A DNA stretch of 64,000 nucleotides. Source: an uncultured Acidobacteriota bacterium. Its GTDB lineage: Bacteria > Acidobacteriota > Vicinamibacteria > Fen-336. Every line of letters begins with the position of its first letter. Position 1 is the stretch's first letter. Below are positions 12,095 to 22,580 of the stretch, one piece after another. A program made the translations under genes and the position numbers. Location: contig CAWFSB010000003.1 of the NCBI GenBank assembly GCA_963818355.1, positions 89,556-153,555 of the forward strand, given 5' to 3'. The notes beneath the pieces were generated by a model. The model was given only the letters and a program-made list of their open reading frames with translations. It was not told the origin of the DNA and made no database searches.

Positions 12095-13915
12095 ATGCCG
12101 ATCCTGCTTCGATCGCTCGTCGTGCCTTGCCTCACCCTGGCCTTCGGGCCTTCGTCCGGATTCGCCGGCGGACCCGAGGTGCCGCCCGAGCTGCGCACGC
12201 GAGCGGAGGCCTCGGACTTCCGAGCCACCTCCACCGGCGCGGAGACTCTCGATTTCCTGCGCCGGCTCGAGGCCCGCTCGCCGTACTTCCGACTCGGCGT
12301 CTTCGGCACCTCGGAGCAGGGCCGGCCGATGCCGTTCGTCGTCGTGTCGAAGGACCGGGCCTTCACGCCCGAGGCCGCTCGCCGGCTGAGGAAGCCGATC
12401 GTGATGCTCCAGGGCGGCATCCACGCCGGGGAGATCGACGGCAAGGATGCCCTGCTGCTGCTGCTGCGCGACCTGGCCCTGGGCCTGCACCCGGCCGTGC
12501 TCGACCGGGTCACCCTGCTGGTGGTGCCGATCTACAACGTGGACGGCCACGAGCGGGTGTCGCGCTTCAACCGCTCGAACCAGGACGGGCCCGTGGAGGG
12601 CATGGGCTTCCGCACCAACGCTCGAGGCCTGGACCTGAACCGCGACCACCTCAAGCTCGAAAGCGCCGAAGCTCGAGCCCTGATCGGGCTCTTCAACGCC
12701 TGGCGACCGCACCTGCACGTGGACAACCACGTGAGCGACGGCTTCGACCACGCGTGGGTGGTCGGCTACGCCACCGCCGAGGCCCCCCAGGCCGCGCCCT
12801 CGATCGACGCCTGGGCCAGGGCCACGCTGCCCGTCGTCGCGGAGGCCACGAGGGCCGCCGGCCACCCGATCGGGCCGTACCTCGAGCTCCTCTCGAGCGA
12901 AGAGCCGCTGAAGGGCGCGATCACTCCGCCCTACCGTCCCCGCTATTCGACGGGTTACTTCGCCCTGCGCAACCGGCCCTCGATCCTGATCGAGACGCAC
13001 TCGCGGAAGCCGTTCCGGACCCGTGTGCTCGGCAACCACGCCTGGCTCGGGGCGCTCGTCGAGCAGGTGGCGAAGGGTCCGGACGCGCTGGTCGAGGCGG
13101 TGGCCGCCGCGGAGAGGCGGACGGTCGCCCTGGGCGCAGCGGACGCGCCCGCTTCCGACGTCCCGCTGCGTTTCGGGCCCGATCGTGACGACCCGGCCGC
13201 AAGCGGGGGCGTTCCCGACCACGTGCGCCTTCCCCTCTACGCGTTCACTCGCTCGACCTCGGTGGTCACGGGCACCCCGCTCACCACCTACCAGAGAGGC
13301 CAGCTGCTCGAGAGCGACCTGCCCTGGTTCCACACGCCGCGAGTCGCCCAGTCCGTGCCTCGGCCGCGCGGTTACGTCGTGCTGCCGGGCTGGCCTCAGA
13401 TCGAGCGGACACTGAGGGCGCACGGGCTGAGGGTCGAGCCGCTGACCGGCGACCTGGACCTCGAGGTCGAGACCCAGCGCCTGTCCGACCCGCGATTCGC
13501 CGGGCGGCCGTATCAGGGGACCACGGCGGTCACCGCGGTGCGGGTCAGGCGGGGCCTGGAGACGCGTCGCCTCCCGGCGGGCTCCCTGTGGGTGCCCGCC
13601 GACCAGCCGGATTTCGAGGTGGCGACGCAGCTGCTCGAAGCCGACGCGCCGGACTCGCTGCTGGCGTGGGGCCTCGTCTCCTCGGTGTTCGAGCGGAAGG
13701 AGTGGATCGAAGGGCCGGAGCTCGAGGCGCTGGCGCAGGAAGGGTTGAAGGACCCGACGCGGGCCGCCGCCTGGGAGGCCGCTCTGCGCGATCCTGCCTT
13801 CGCGGCCGACCCGGAAGCCCGTGCCGAGTGGTGGGCTCGGCAGACGCCCTACTGGGACGAGACCATCGGCCTTCTGCCCGTCTACCGAGTGCTGAAACCG
13901 CTGCCGCGACCCTGA
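12095..13915 (+). CDS. M14 family zinc carboxypeptidase-like peptidase
   Basis: Intact 606-aa ORF with a signal peptide. It has GGIHAGEIDG (HxxE zinc site), NRDH and HLHVDNH. Confidence 0.78.
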   Translation: MPILLRSLVVPCLTLAFGPSSGFAGGPEVPPELRTRAEASDFRATSTGAETLDFLRRLEARSPYFRLGVFGTSEQGRPMPFVVVSKDRAFTPEAARRLRKPIVMLQGGIHAGEIDGKDALLLLLRDLALGLHPAVLDRVTLLVVPIYNVDGHERVSRFNRSNQDGPVEGMGFRTNARGLDLNRDHLKLESAEARALIGLFNAWRPHLHVDNHVSDGFDHAWVVGYATAEAPQAAPSIDAWARATLPVVAEATRAAGHPIGPYLELLSSEEPLKGAITPPYRPRYSTGYFALRNRPSILIETHSRKPFRTRVLGNHAWLGALVEQVAKGPDALVEAVAAAERRTVALGAADAPASDVPLRFGPDRDDPAASGGVPDHVRLPLYAFTRSTSVVTGTPLTTYQRGQLLESDLPWFHTPRVAQSVPRPRGYVVLPGWPQIERTLRAHGLRVEPLTGDLDLEVETQRLSDPRFAGRPYQGTTAVTAVRVRRGLETRRLPAGSLWVPADQPDFEVATQLLEADAPDSLLAWGLVSSVFERKEWIEGPELEALAQEGLKDPTRAAAWEAALRDPAFAADPEARAEWWARQTPYWDETIGLLPVYRVLKPLPRP

Positions 13916-14805
13916 AGCGGCCGAAGGCCCCGAAACTGCTCGTGCCGCAGGATCGTCCGCTCGAACGCGCCGCGGTCTGCTTCCGGCAGATCGCTCGGGT
14001 AGCGGGCCCCGGAGCGTTCCCATCGATCGAGCCAGTCGGCCCCCAGCAGGTCGTGGCGGCGGGCCTTCCCGTGTTCGAACGCGGACGGCGTGAACGCGAT
14101 GGTGCTCTCGGGCTTGTCGTCGGTGGCGCGGCCGGTGGCCACGAGGAAGCCCGCCCCCAGCATGGCCACCCGCGCCGCGGTCGACGCGGTGTAGGTGAAC
14201 AGCTCCGCGTCCCGCGCGCCGAAGGCCTCGAAGAGGCGGCGGAAGGACGACAGCGTCCAGGCCTCCGCGTGCGTCCGCCCGGAGAAGAGGTCGTAGAAGA
14301 CGAGATCCGGACGCGGCATCACCTCCGCGAGCGTCTCGAACACGTCCCCCTCGACGAGGCGCCAGCTCAGACCGGCACCCGTGCTCGAACGCCAGTGTCC
14401 GGAGCGGAGCAGGCCCGCGGGAGCGCCGTGGCGCAGGTAGGGGAAGTGGTGCCGGTGGGCGAAGGCGAGCCGCAGGGAGTCGAGATCGTTCTCGAAGCTG
14501 ACGATGTCGAGGGCGCGAACGGGGTGGAGCGCGGCCGTTTGCTCGTAGCAGCGAATGGCGGCCATCGCGTTGGCCCCGGCCCCGAGCCCCACGTCCCAGA
14601 GCACGAGCGGCGGGGCGTCCGAGGCACTCTCGGCGGGACCGAGCTGCAGTCGTTCGGCGAGCCCGGACTGCTCCACGTAGAGACTCTCGGCCTCCACCAT
14701 GGGCGGCGTCCGCGCGTGCATGACCTCGCCCGAGGCCACGTGCCGGATGCTCGCGAACCCCTCGCGGGCCAGGTGCACCTCGTACCCGCCGAGGGCCGAG
14801 GTCCT
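13882..14805 (-). CDS. MnmC-like (Methyltransf_30 / DUF752-type) SAM-dependent methyltransferase, possibly fused to Tgt
   Basis: This is the lower part of track ORF 13882..15972. It reads GGYEVHLAREGFASIRHVASGEVMH, LVLWDVGLGAGANAMAAI, PDLVFYDLFS and ELFTYTASTAARVAMLGAGFLV. There is no stop between it and tgt in any usable frame, so the upstream boundary chosen here is arbitrary. Confidence 0.6.
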   Translation of the reverse strand, partial: RTSALGGYEVHLAREGFASIRHVASGEVMHARTPPMVEAESLYVEQSGLAERLQLGPAESASDAPPLVLWDVGLGAGANAMAAIRCYEQTAALHPVRALDIVSFENDLDSLRLAFAHRHHFPYLRHGAPAGLLRSGHWRSSTGAGLSWRLVEGDVFETLAEVMPRPDLVFYDLFSGRTHAEAWTLSSFRRLFEAFGARDAELFTYTASTAARVAMLGAGFLVATGRATDDKPESTIAFTPSAFEHGKARRHDLLGADWLDRWERSGARYPSDLPEADRGAFERTILRHEQFRGLRPLQGRGSGFSTR

Positions 14806-15968
14806 GGGCGGCCGCGCCCGGGGAGGCGAAGCTCGGGTTGTCGAGGTCGCGCTCGTCCAGCTGCGCGACGCCTCTGCTCGTAGAGGGAGGCGAACGTGTC
14901 GTCCAGGATGCTCTGCCGGATCTCGCGCATGAGCCGGTGGTAGAAGTGCAGGTTGTGCTGCCCCAGCAGCTGCCACCCCAGCGCCTCGTCGGTCTTCGTC
15001 AGGTGGTGGAGATAGGCGCGCGAGTGGTGCTGGCAGGTCGGGCAGGAGCAGGCCGGGTCGAGGGCCTCGTCCGCGTGCTTGTGGACACCCCGGCGGAGCT
15101 GGAGGTATCCCCGCGAGGTGAAGACCCCGCCGCGCTCGCCGAGGGCCGTCGGGAGGATGCAGTCGAACATGTCGAGGCCGCGGTGCACGGCCTCGAGCAG
15201 GTCGAGGGGCGTGCCCACGCCCATGAGGTACCGGGGCCGGTCCCGGGGCATCTGCTCGGCGGTCTGCTCGCACACGTCCTGCCGCTCGTCGCGCCCCTCG
15301 CCCACCGCCAGGCCTCCGATGGCCAGGCCGTCGAAGGGCATGCCCGACAGGCACAGGACGCTCTCGCGGCGCAGGTCCGCGAAGAGCGCGCCCTGCACGA
15401 TGCCGAAGAGCGACTGGGGCGATTCGCCCCGCGCGTCGAGGCTGCGTGCCGCCCAGCGGTGCGTGAGGTCGAGGGCCGCTCGCGCCGTGGCGCGGTCGGC
15501 CACCGCGCTCACGCACTGGTCGAGCACCATCATGATGTCGCTGCCGATGGCCACCTGCGTCTCGATGGAGAGCTCGGGGCTCAGCCGCACCGTCCTCCCG
15601 TCGACGTAGCTCTGGAAGAGGGCCCCCTCCTCGGTCACCTCGCGCGAGTGGGGCAGCGAGAAGATCTGGTACCCGCCGGAGTCGGTCAGCACCGGGCCGG
15701 GCCAGCTCATGAACCGGTGGATGCCGCCCATCCGCCGAAACACCTCCGCCCCCGGGCGCAGCAGCAGGTGGTAGGTGTTGGCGAGGAGGACCTGCGACCC
15801 GGCCGCGACGAGCGACTGCGGAGACTGCGCCCTCACCGCCGCCTGCGTGCCCACCGGCATGAAGATGGGCGTCTCGACGGAACCGTGGAGCGTCCGGAAC
15901 GTCGCGGCCCGCGCCCGCGAGCCGCTGGCCTGCGCGTCGATGCGGAAGTCGAGCCGGGAGGGGGCCAT
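14806..15968 (-). CDS. tgt: Queuine tRNA-ribosyltransferase (tRNA-guanine transglycosylase)
   Basis: ATG at 15968 (MAPSRLDFRI). Motifs: ETPIFMPVGTQA, LANTYHL, TDSGGYQIFS, LAIGGLAVGE and the zinc site CSCPTC...YLHHL. The frame has no stop. Two +1 steps (~14868, ~14815) lead straight into the downstream methyltransferase frame. Confidence 0.9.
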
Positions 15969-16029
15969 GCATCCTGAAGCATAGGGCATTCGCGGTTGCG
16001 CAAGGCTCCGGTTGAGCGATGATTGCGCC

Positions 16030-16773
16030 ATGAAGAAGACCTCTCTCGCCTCATTCCTCGTCCTCGCCCTTCTCGCCTCTCTCGCCCCCGCCGCCGACGA
16101 GGGCTTCCAGTCGCTCTTCGACGGCAAGACCCTCACCGGCTGGCACACGAGCGTGCAGACGGGCCACTCGGCCACCAGCCAGCACAAGACGGCCGGCCGC
16201 TGGGTGGTGGAGGACGGCGCCATCGTGGGCAGCCAGGACGTCCCCGGCAACGGCGGCATCGTCCTCACCGACGAGTCGTTCGGCGACTTCGAGGTCGCCC
16301 TCGAGATGAGGAACGACTTCGGCCCGGACAGCGGCCTCTTCCTCCGCAGCACCGAGGACGGCACCGCCTACCAGGCCATGATCGACTACCACGCCGACGG
16401 CAACCTCATGGGCGTCTACGGGGAGGGGGCGCTCGGCGGGAAGCCCCACGTGCAGAACTTCAGCTTCGGCAAGCTCGTCACGGAGATCGTGCCGGTCGCC
16501 GGGACGCCGGTGCCCCTTCCCGTGGATCCCAGGGAGTGGCCGTCCTTCTGGAAGCACGGTCAGTGGAACGAGCTGCGCGCCCGCATCGTGGGCAATCCCC
16601 CGACCATCACCACGTGGATCAACGGGAAGCGCTTCATGGAGGTGAAGGAGACCGAGAAGCGCCACCCCGACACCGGGCGAATCGCCCTCCAGGTGCACGG
16701 CGGGGGCGACTTCACGAAGCAGTACGTCCGCTACCGCGCCATCCGGGTCAAGCGCCTGTCGCCGGCGAAGTAG
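16030..16773 (+). CDS. DUF1080 / 3-keto-disaccharide hydrolase family protein, secreted
   Basis: Intact ORF with signal peptide MKKTSLASFLVLALLASLAPAADEG. It has FQSLFDGKTLTGW and IALQVHGGG...VRYRAIRVKRL, typical of the DUF1080 jelly roll. Confidence 0.85.
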   Translation: MKKTSLASFLVLALLASLAPAADEGFQSLFDGKTLTGWHTSVQTGHSATSQHKTAGRWVVEDGAIVGSQDVPGNGGIVLTDESFGDFEVALEMRNDFGPDSGLFLRSTEDGTAYQAMIDYHADGNLMGVYGEGALGGKPHVQNFSFGKLVTEIVPVAGTPVPLPVDPREWPSFWKHGQWNELRARIVGNPPTITTWINGKRFMEVKETEKRHPDTGRIALQVHGGGDFTKQYVRYRAIRVKRLSPAK

Positions 16774-16778
16774 GCCTC

Positions 16779-17657
16779 CTAGACGTCGCAGATCCGGAAC
16801 GCGGCCTCGAGCGACTTCAGCGGCTCGTCCGTCGGGACGAACTCCTGCGCCAGGTAGCCCGTGTAGCCCGTGTCGACGATCGCCCTGCAGATCGCCGGGT
16901 AGTGCAGCTCCTGGCGAGAGTCGATCTCGTTCCGCCCGGGCACGCCCCCGGTGTGGAAGTGGGCGATGGCCGCGGCGTTCTCGCGGATCGTGCGGATGAC
17001 GTCACCCTCCATGATCTGCATGTGGTAGGCGTCGTAGAGGAGCTTCACGCGCGGCGAGCCGACCTTCTTGACGAGCGCGGCGCCCCACGCCGTGTGGTCG
17101 CACATGTAGTCCTTGTGGTCGACCTTGCTGTTGAGGAGCTCGACGCACAACGTGACGCCCTTCGCTTCCGCGTGCGGCGCGACCTGGCGGAGGGCCCGGG
17201 CGCAGTTCTCCAGCCCCTCCGCGTCCGACATCCCGGCGCGGTTGCCCGAGAAGCAGACGAGGTTGGGGACCTGCGCCTCGGCCGCGAGATCGATGCCCTT
17301 CGCGAGCGCGTCGAGGATCGGCCCGTGGTTCTCGACACGGTTCAGGCCCTTCTCGATCGTGACCGGGCCCCCGAGCGAGCCGAGCGGGCACACGAGGCCG
17401 TGCTTCCGGACGACGGGCCAGTCCCTCGGCTCGAGGAGGTCGATGCCCTTGTAGCCGATGCGCGCCGCGTGGCCGCAGAGCTCGTCGAGCGTCATCTTGC
17501 CGAAGCACCAGCGCGAGACCGACTGCTTCAGGCGCCCGCGAACCGCCGGCGCCTCGGCCGCCGCCTCGCCGCGTCGCGCGACGGCCAGGCCGGCGGCCGC
17601 GAGCGCCACGGCCGCACCCAGAACGCCCCGACGCCCCGTCTCCATCCTCGCTGCCAT
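16779..17657 (-). CDS. TAT-exported xylose-isomerase-like TIM-barrel protein (hydroxypyruvate isomerase / sugar phosphate isomerase-epimerase family)
   Basis: Intact ORF. The start is taken at the ATG preceded by GGAGGAGG. It has twin-arginine signal METGRRGVLGAAVALAAAG and a TIM-barrel body with LCVELLN and HFHTGGVPGRNE. Confidence 0.85.
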   Translation of the reverse strand: MAARMETGRRGVLGAAVALAAAGLAVARRGEAAAEAPAVRGRLKQSVSRWCFGKMTLDELCGHAARIGYKGIDLLEPRDWPVVRKHGLVCPLGSLGGPVTIEKGLNRVENHGPILDALAKGIDLAAEAQVPNLVCFSGNRAGMSDAEGLENCARALRQVAPHAEAKGVTLCVELLNSKVDHKDYMCDHTAWGAALVKKVGSPRVKLLYDAYHMQIMEGDVIRTIRENAAAIAHFHTGGVPGRNEIDSRQELHYPAICRAIVDTGYTGYLAQEFVPTDEPLKSLEAAFRICDV

Positions 17658-17778
17658 CGCCCCTCCTCCGCCGTCCGGCGCCAGGAACTCCCCTTCGTGA
17701 GCCGTCGACGACGCGGAGGATACCAGCACCCGGGCGCCGGTCGGCGAGCTCGTCGGTCCACCTGCGGGCCGTTCTGGC

Positions 17779-17784
17779 TACAAT
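17779..17784 (+). promoter_or_regulatory. -10-like hexamer (gc)TACAAT upstream of the GH36 gene
   Basis: GGCTACAATGC recurs at 31965-31975. It lies 52 nt before ATG 17836. Confidence 0.3.
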
Positions 17785-17835
17785 GCGTTCCGCGCGACGC
17801 GTTCACGTCGCCCGCCCGAGTCCAGGAGGTTCACC

Positions 17836-20067
17836 ATGCGCCCCCGCACGATCCTCGCTTCCGCCGCGCTGCTGCTCGCCGCCGCGACCTTCCCGATCAC
17901 GGCCGCGGCCGCCCCGCGCGCAGCCGTGCGCTACCTCGCTGGAGGCGAAGCTCTTCGTCCTCGAGACCGAGCGCACGTCCTACGTCCTCGGCGTGAACGA
18001 GCAGAACGAGGTGCAGCTCGTCTACTGGGGCGCGCGCCTTCTCCGCGACGCCGACCTCGAGCGCCGCGCACACCCGCGACGCCTACGCCTTCGAGTCGGG
18101 CGAGGGGCTCTCCGAGATCGAGTACCCCGGCTGGGGCGGCCTGCGCTTCGCCGAGCCGTGCCTCAAGGTGAGCTTCGCGGACGGCGTCCGCGACCTCGTC
18201 CTCAAGTACGTGTCGCACGAGATCCAGGGCGACACGCTGGTCCTGCACCTCAAGGACGTCGGATACGGCCTCGCCGTCGACCTCACCTACCGCGTCTTCC
18301 CGCGCCACGACATCCTCGCGAAGCGGGCGACGATCCGAAACGGCACGCCCGGCCCCGTCGTCGTCGAGAGCGCCGCCTCCGGCGTCTTCCACATGCCGTT
18401 CCGCCTGCCGAACGACCGCACGTACCGCCTGACCCACCTGGCCGGCCGCTGGGCGAGCGAGACGCAGGTCGTCCGCGAGACGATCCAGCCCGGCAAGAAG
18501 GTCCTCGAGAGCCGGCGCGGCACGACGAGCCACCAGGCCAACCCCTTCTTCGCCATCGACGAGGACGGCCGCGCGGACGAGGAGCACGGGCGCGTCTGGT
18601 TCGGCGCGCTCGCCTGGAGCGGCAACTGGAAGATCACCGTCGAGCGCACGGCGGAGGGCCTCGTGCGCGTGGTCGGCGGCTTCAACGACTTCGACTTCGG
18701 CTACCGCCTCGCGCCGGGCGAGTCGCTCGCGACGCCGCTCTTCTACGGCGGCTTCACGAAGGACGGCTTCGGCGAGGCCTCGCGCCTCCTGCACGCGCTC
18801 CAGGTCGAGGAGATCCTGCCCGATCGCGCCGCGCGGAAGCTGCGCCCCGTCCTCTACAACTCCTGGGAGGCGACCGATCTTCGCCGTCGACGAGCCGGGC
18901 CAGAAGGCGCTGGCGGAGAAGGCCGCGCGCCTCGGCGTCGAGCGGTTCGTGATGGACGACGGCTGGTTCGGCGCGCGCAACCACGACCGCGCCGGCCTCG
19001 GCGACTGGACCGTCAACCCGAAGAAGTTCCCGAACGGCCTCAAGCCCCTGATCGACCACGTGAAGTCGCTCGGCATGGACTTCGGCCTGTGGGTCGAGCC
19101 CGAGATGGTCAACCCCGACAGCGACCTCTACCGCGCGCACCCCGACTGGGCGCTCCACTTCCCGGGCCGGCCGCGCACCGAGGGCCGCAACCAGCTGATC
19201 CTGAACTTCGCGCGCAAGGACGTGCAGGAGCACGTCTTCGGCGTCCTCGACCGCCTGCTCGCCGAGAACGACATCCGCTTCTTCAAGTGGGACATGAACC
19301 GGCACTTCAGCGAGCCCGGCTGGCCCGCGGTGGCGCCCGAGGAGCAGAAGAAGGTGTGGGTGGAGTACGTGCGCGCCGTCTACTCGGTGATGGACCGGCT
19401 CAAGGCGCGTCACCCCGGCGTCGAGATCGAGAGCTGCTCGGGCGGCGGCGGGCGGGTCGACCTCGGCATGCTGGAGCGCGTCGAGGAGGTGTGGACCTCC
19501 GACAACACCGAGGCCTTCGACCGCCTGCGCATCCAGGAGGGCTTCACGCATGGCCTACACGCCGAAGGTCATGATGGCGTGGGTCACCGACGTGCCGAAC
19601 ATGAACGGCCGCGTGACGCCGCTGCGCTACCGCTTCCTCGCCGCGATGCAGGGCTCGCTCGGGATCGGCGGCAACCTCAACCACTGGAGCGAGGCCGACA
19701 ACAAGCTGGCCACCGAGATGATCGCCTACTACAAGCGCGTCCGGCAGAGCGTGCAGGAGGGCAGCCTCTACCGGCTGCTCTCGCCCAGCGAGGCCGACGC
19801 GGCGGTCAACGAGTACGTGGCGCGCGACGGGCGAGCAGGCCGTCGTCTTCGCGTGCCGGCACTCGCAGCAGTACCTGCGCGCGCTGCCGACCGTCCGGCT
19901 GCGCGGCCTCGTCCCGGAGGCCGTCTACCGCATCGAGCGGCTCGACGACCGACTGGTCGACAAGCAGCAGACCCTCTCCGGGGCGGCCCTGATGGAGCGC
20001 GGCCTCACGTTCGACCTGAAGGGCGACTTCGACGCGACCGTCGGTCCTGCTCGAGCGCGTCGAGTAG
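17836..20067 (+). CDS. Alpha-galactosidase, GH36 (six frameshifts in this assembly)
   Basis: Track ORFs 17836, 17783, 18168, 18949, 19550 and 19992 join head to tail. Each junction is a +1 step (~17937, ~18065, ~18880, ~19550, ~19835, ~20043), and the gene ends at TAG 20065-20067. It has a signal peptide, FFKWDMNRHF, ESCSGGGGRVDLG and WTSDNTEAFDRLRIQ. Confidence 0.85.
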
Positions 20068-20085
20068 CCCGCACCCGCGGTCCTG

Positions 20086-21971
20086 TCAGCGCACCCGGAG
20101 CTTCAGCTCGCCGCTTCCCGGGCGCTCGAATGGCCCCGGCGTCGGCCGTGCCCGATCACGAGGCTTGCCGAAGAAGTCGCGGTCCACGGCGACGGGCGAA
20201 CCGTCTGCGTTCTCGTACGGCACCTGCGCGAAGAGAGGCTTGCCGAGCAGGTCCGTGGTCACGAGCCGGGTGGCGGCGGCGTCGAGCGCGGCACCCACCA
20301 CGAGACGGAGGTAGAACGCGCCGCCGTCTTCCACCAGCTCGACCCGGGGATCGTCCTCCGGCCGCACGACGGCTCCGGCTTCGCGGGCGTAGGGCCTGGC
20401 GCCCGACAGGTACACGTTGCCCCCCGTCTGGAGCGGCAGGGAGCGCTGGTCGTACACCTGAAGGCCGTAGCCCGTGATCCGGTGGGCCCAGTCGTTGGGC
20501 GACGGCGGTCGGCGGAGGGCGCTCCCGCCACGCCGACGAAGAGGTTGTTGTGGAACCGGTCGTCTCCGCCTCGGGTGTGAATGAGCCCCGCGACGGTGGT
20601 CGAGTGGGCCGGATGGAACGGGGTCAGGCGACCCAGCTCCTCGCCGCTCATGATCTTCCCGGCCCAGAGGTTGTGCACGTAGGCGCCCCCCTCGGAGACG
20701 TCGAGGAGGTTCGCCTTCGAGAGGAACAGGTTGTTGTCCACGAGGAAGGGCCCGTGGTTCACCTCCACGAAGAGGTCCTCGTCGTCGTTGTCGTGGAAGA
20801 GGTTCCTCGCGACTCTCGTGCCCTGGGCCATCCAGTCCAGCCACAGGCCGCGGCAGGTGCGGTAGATGTGGTTGCCGCTGATCTCGGTGTCGACGGCGCC
20901 GTGGAACTTGATGCCGGCCATCTCGGCGCCGGTGAAGAGCTTCCTCACGTGGATGTCGTGGATGGTGTTGCCGGTGACGAGGCTGAAGGCGGGGCCCATG
21001 CTGCCCACGATCCCCGCCTGCTCGCAGTGCGAGACGTGGTTGTCGCGCACGACGTGGTGGCCGACGCTCCCCTTCGCCCAGGGCACGGGGTGGGCCTGGG
21101 CGCGCTTGATGGTCTCGACGTACCCCTCGGCGGTGTCGGCCGAGGTGTTGTCGTGGGCGTCGCCGTGCTTGCCGAGAGCGATGCCCGACGAGACGGAGTG
21201 GCTCACCGTGTTGTTCTCGATCGTCCAGCCGCGGCTCCAGTGGGTGCCGATGAGGCCGATCTGCTCGGCCGTGGGCGGGGCCCAGGGCGTCGCGGCGTGG
21301 CGCAGGGCGAAGCCGCGCACCGTGATGTAGTTGCGGCCGGGCGCGTCGGGGTAGAACACCGTCCGGCGGACGTTGACCTCCACCAGCCGCTGGTTGGGAT
21401 CGACGCCCGGGAACTGGGCGTGGAGGCGGGTCGTCTTCTCGCCCACCTCGGCGAACCAGAGCGGGCCCAGCTTCGAGGGCGTTCCCGCGAGAACCTCGTC
21501 GAGAAGCGCGGCCTCCACGAGCCAGTGGCCGTCGAGGTAGACGGCGCCCGTGTGGTGCTTGCGCCCCTTGGGATCGAACCAGTCCCCACGGATCTCGTCG
21601 GCGAAGGGATTGAACGCGCCGAAGAACGCGTTCGGGACCTCCGCCCTCCAGACGTCTCCCTTCACCCGCGTCCACTGGCTCACGACCTCCGAGCCCCGGA
21701 TCTCCACCTTCTCGCCCGGCGCCGCCTGGTAGACGATGCGCTGCGTGTCGGACAGCCCGCCGCGGGGCGGATTGACGCGCTCGCGGTAGATGCCCTCGTG
21801 GACGGTGATCGTATCGCCCGGCTGAGCGACGTCGGCGGCCCGCTGGATCGTCCGGAACGGGGCCTCACGGGTGCCGGGGTTCGTGTCCCGGCCCTGGAGC
21901 GAGACGTCGTACTCGGTGGCGTTCGCCACAGTCGCGAGCGCGAGTGCGAACGGCAATGCAGCTCGAATCAT
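20086..21971 (-). CDS. Secreted right-handed parallel beta-helix protein (putative polysaccharide lyase/hydrolase), one frameshift
   Basis: Signal peptide, then a DUF1565-like start (APFRTIQRAADVAQPGDTITVHEGIYRE) and repeated beta-helix rungs (ENNTVSH, RDNHVSH, SGNHIY, HDND, VDNNLF). One -1 step at ~20505 joins track ORFs 20259..21971 and 20086..21675. Confidence 0.7.
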
Positions 21972-22046
21972 GTCCGCTTCTCCCTGCTGTCATCCGGCGG
22001 CGCCGTCGTAGACCGCGAGCCTGTCGTCGACGGTCGAGGTGTCCGG

Positions 22047-22400
22047 CTACCGTCGAAGGACGCTCGCCATCTTCTTGCCCTTGGCGAGCTCGTCGATCAG
22101 CCTGTCCAGGCGGCGGATCTTCCGCATCAATGGATCGGCGACGTCCTCCACGCGGACGCCGCACACCACCCCCTTGACCAGGCTCGCTTTCGGGTTCATT
22201 CGCGGGGCCTGCTCGAAGAAGGACTCGAAGGTGACCTTGGCGTCGATGGCGCGCTGTAGCTGCTCGCCGCTGTAGCCCGTGAGCCACGAGATGACCTGGT
22301 CGACCTCCTCCTTCGTCCGCCCCTTCTTCTCCGCCTTCTGCACGTAGAGCGGGTACACGCTCCCGAACGACATCGTGAAGATCCGCGGTTTCGCGTCCAT
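22047..22400 (-). CDS. DUF2200 family protein
   Basis: Start taken at [43 protein letters not shown], giving ~117 aa, which matches the family size. The longer track ORF (to 22514) has an Arg/Pro-rich extension that looks non-coding. Family assigned from memory. Confidence 0.65.
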   Translation of the reverse strand: MDAKPRIFTMSFGSVYPLYVQKAEKKGRTKEEVDQVISWLTGYSGEQLQRAIDAKVTFESFFEQAPRMNPKASLVKGVVCGVRVEDVADPLMRKIRRLDRLIDELAKGKKMASVLRR

Positions 22401-22580
22401 GCTGGTCGGTGCCCTCGACGACGGCCGGAGCATATCAAGGTCGTGCCGGAGCGATCCGGCATCGGGCGGGATTCTCGCGCAGGCCTCGGAACGCCACAAC
22501 CGCCGGCGTGGCATCGAAGCCGGCCAACTGCCGGGCGCGCACCGGCTCGATCTCCACCGAGCTGCCCCGCCGCCCTTCGT

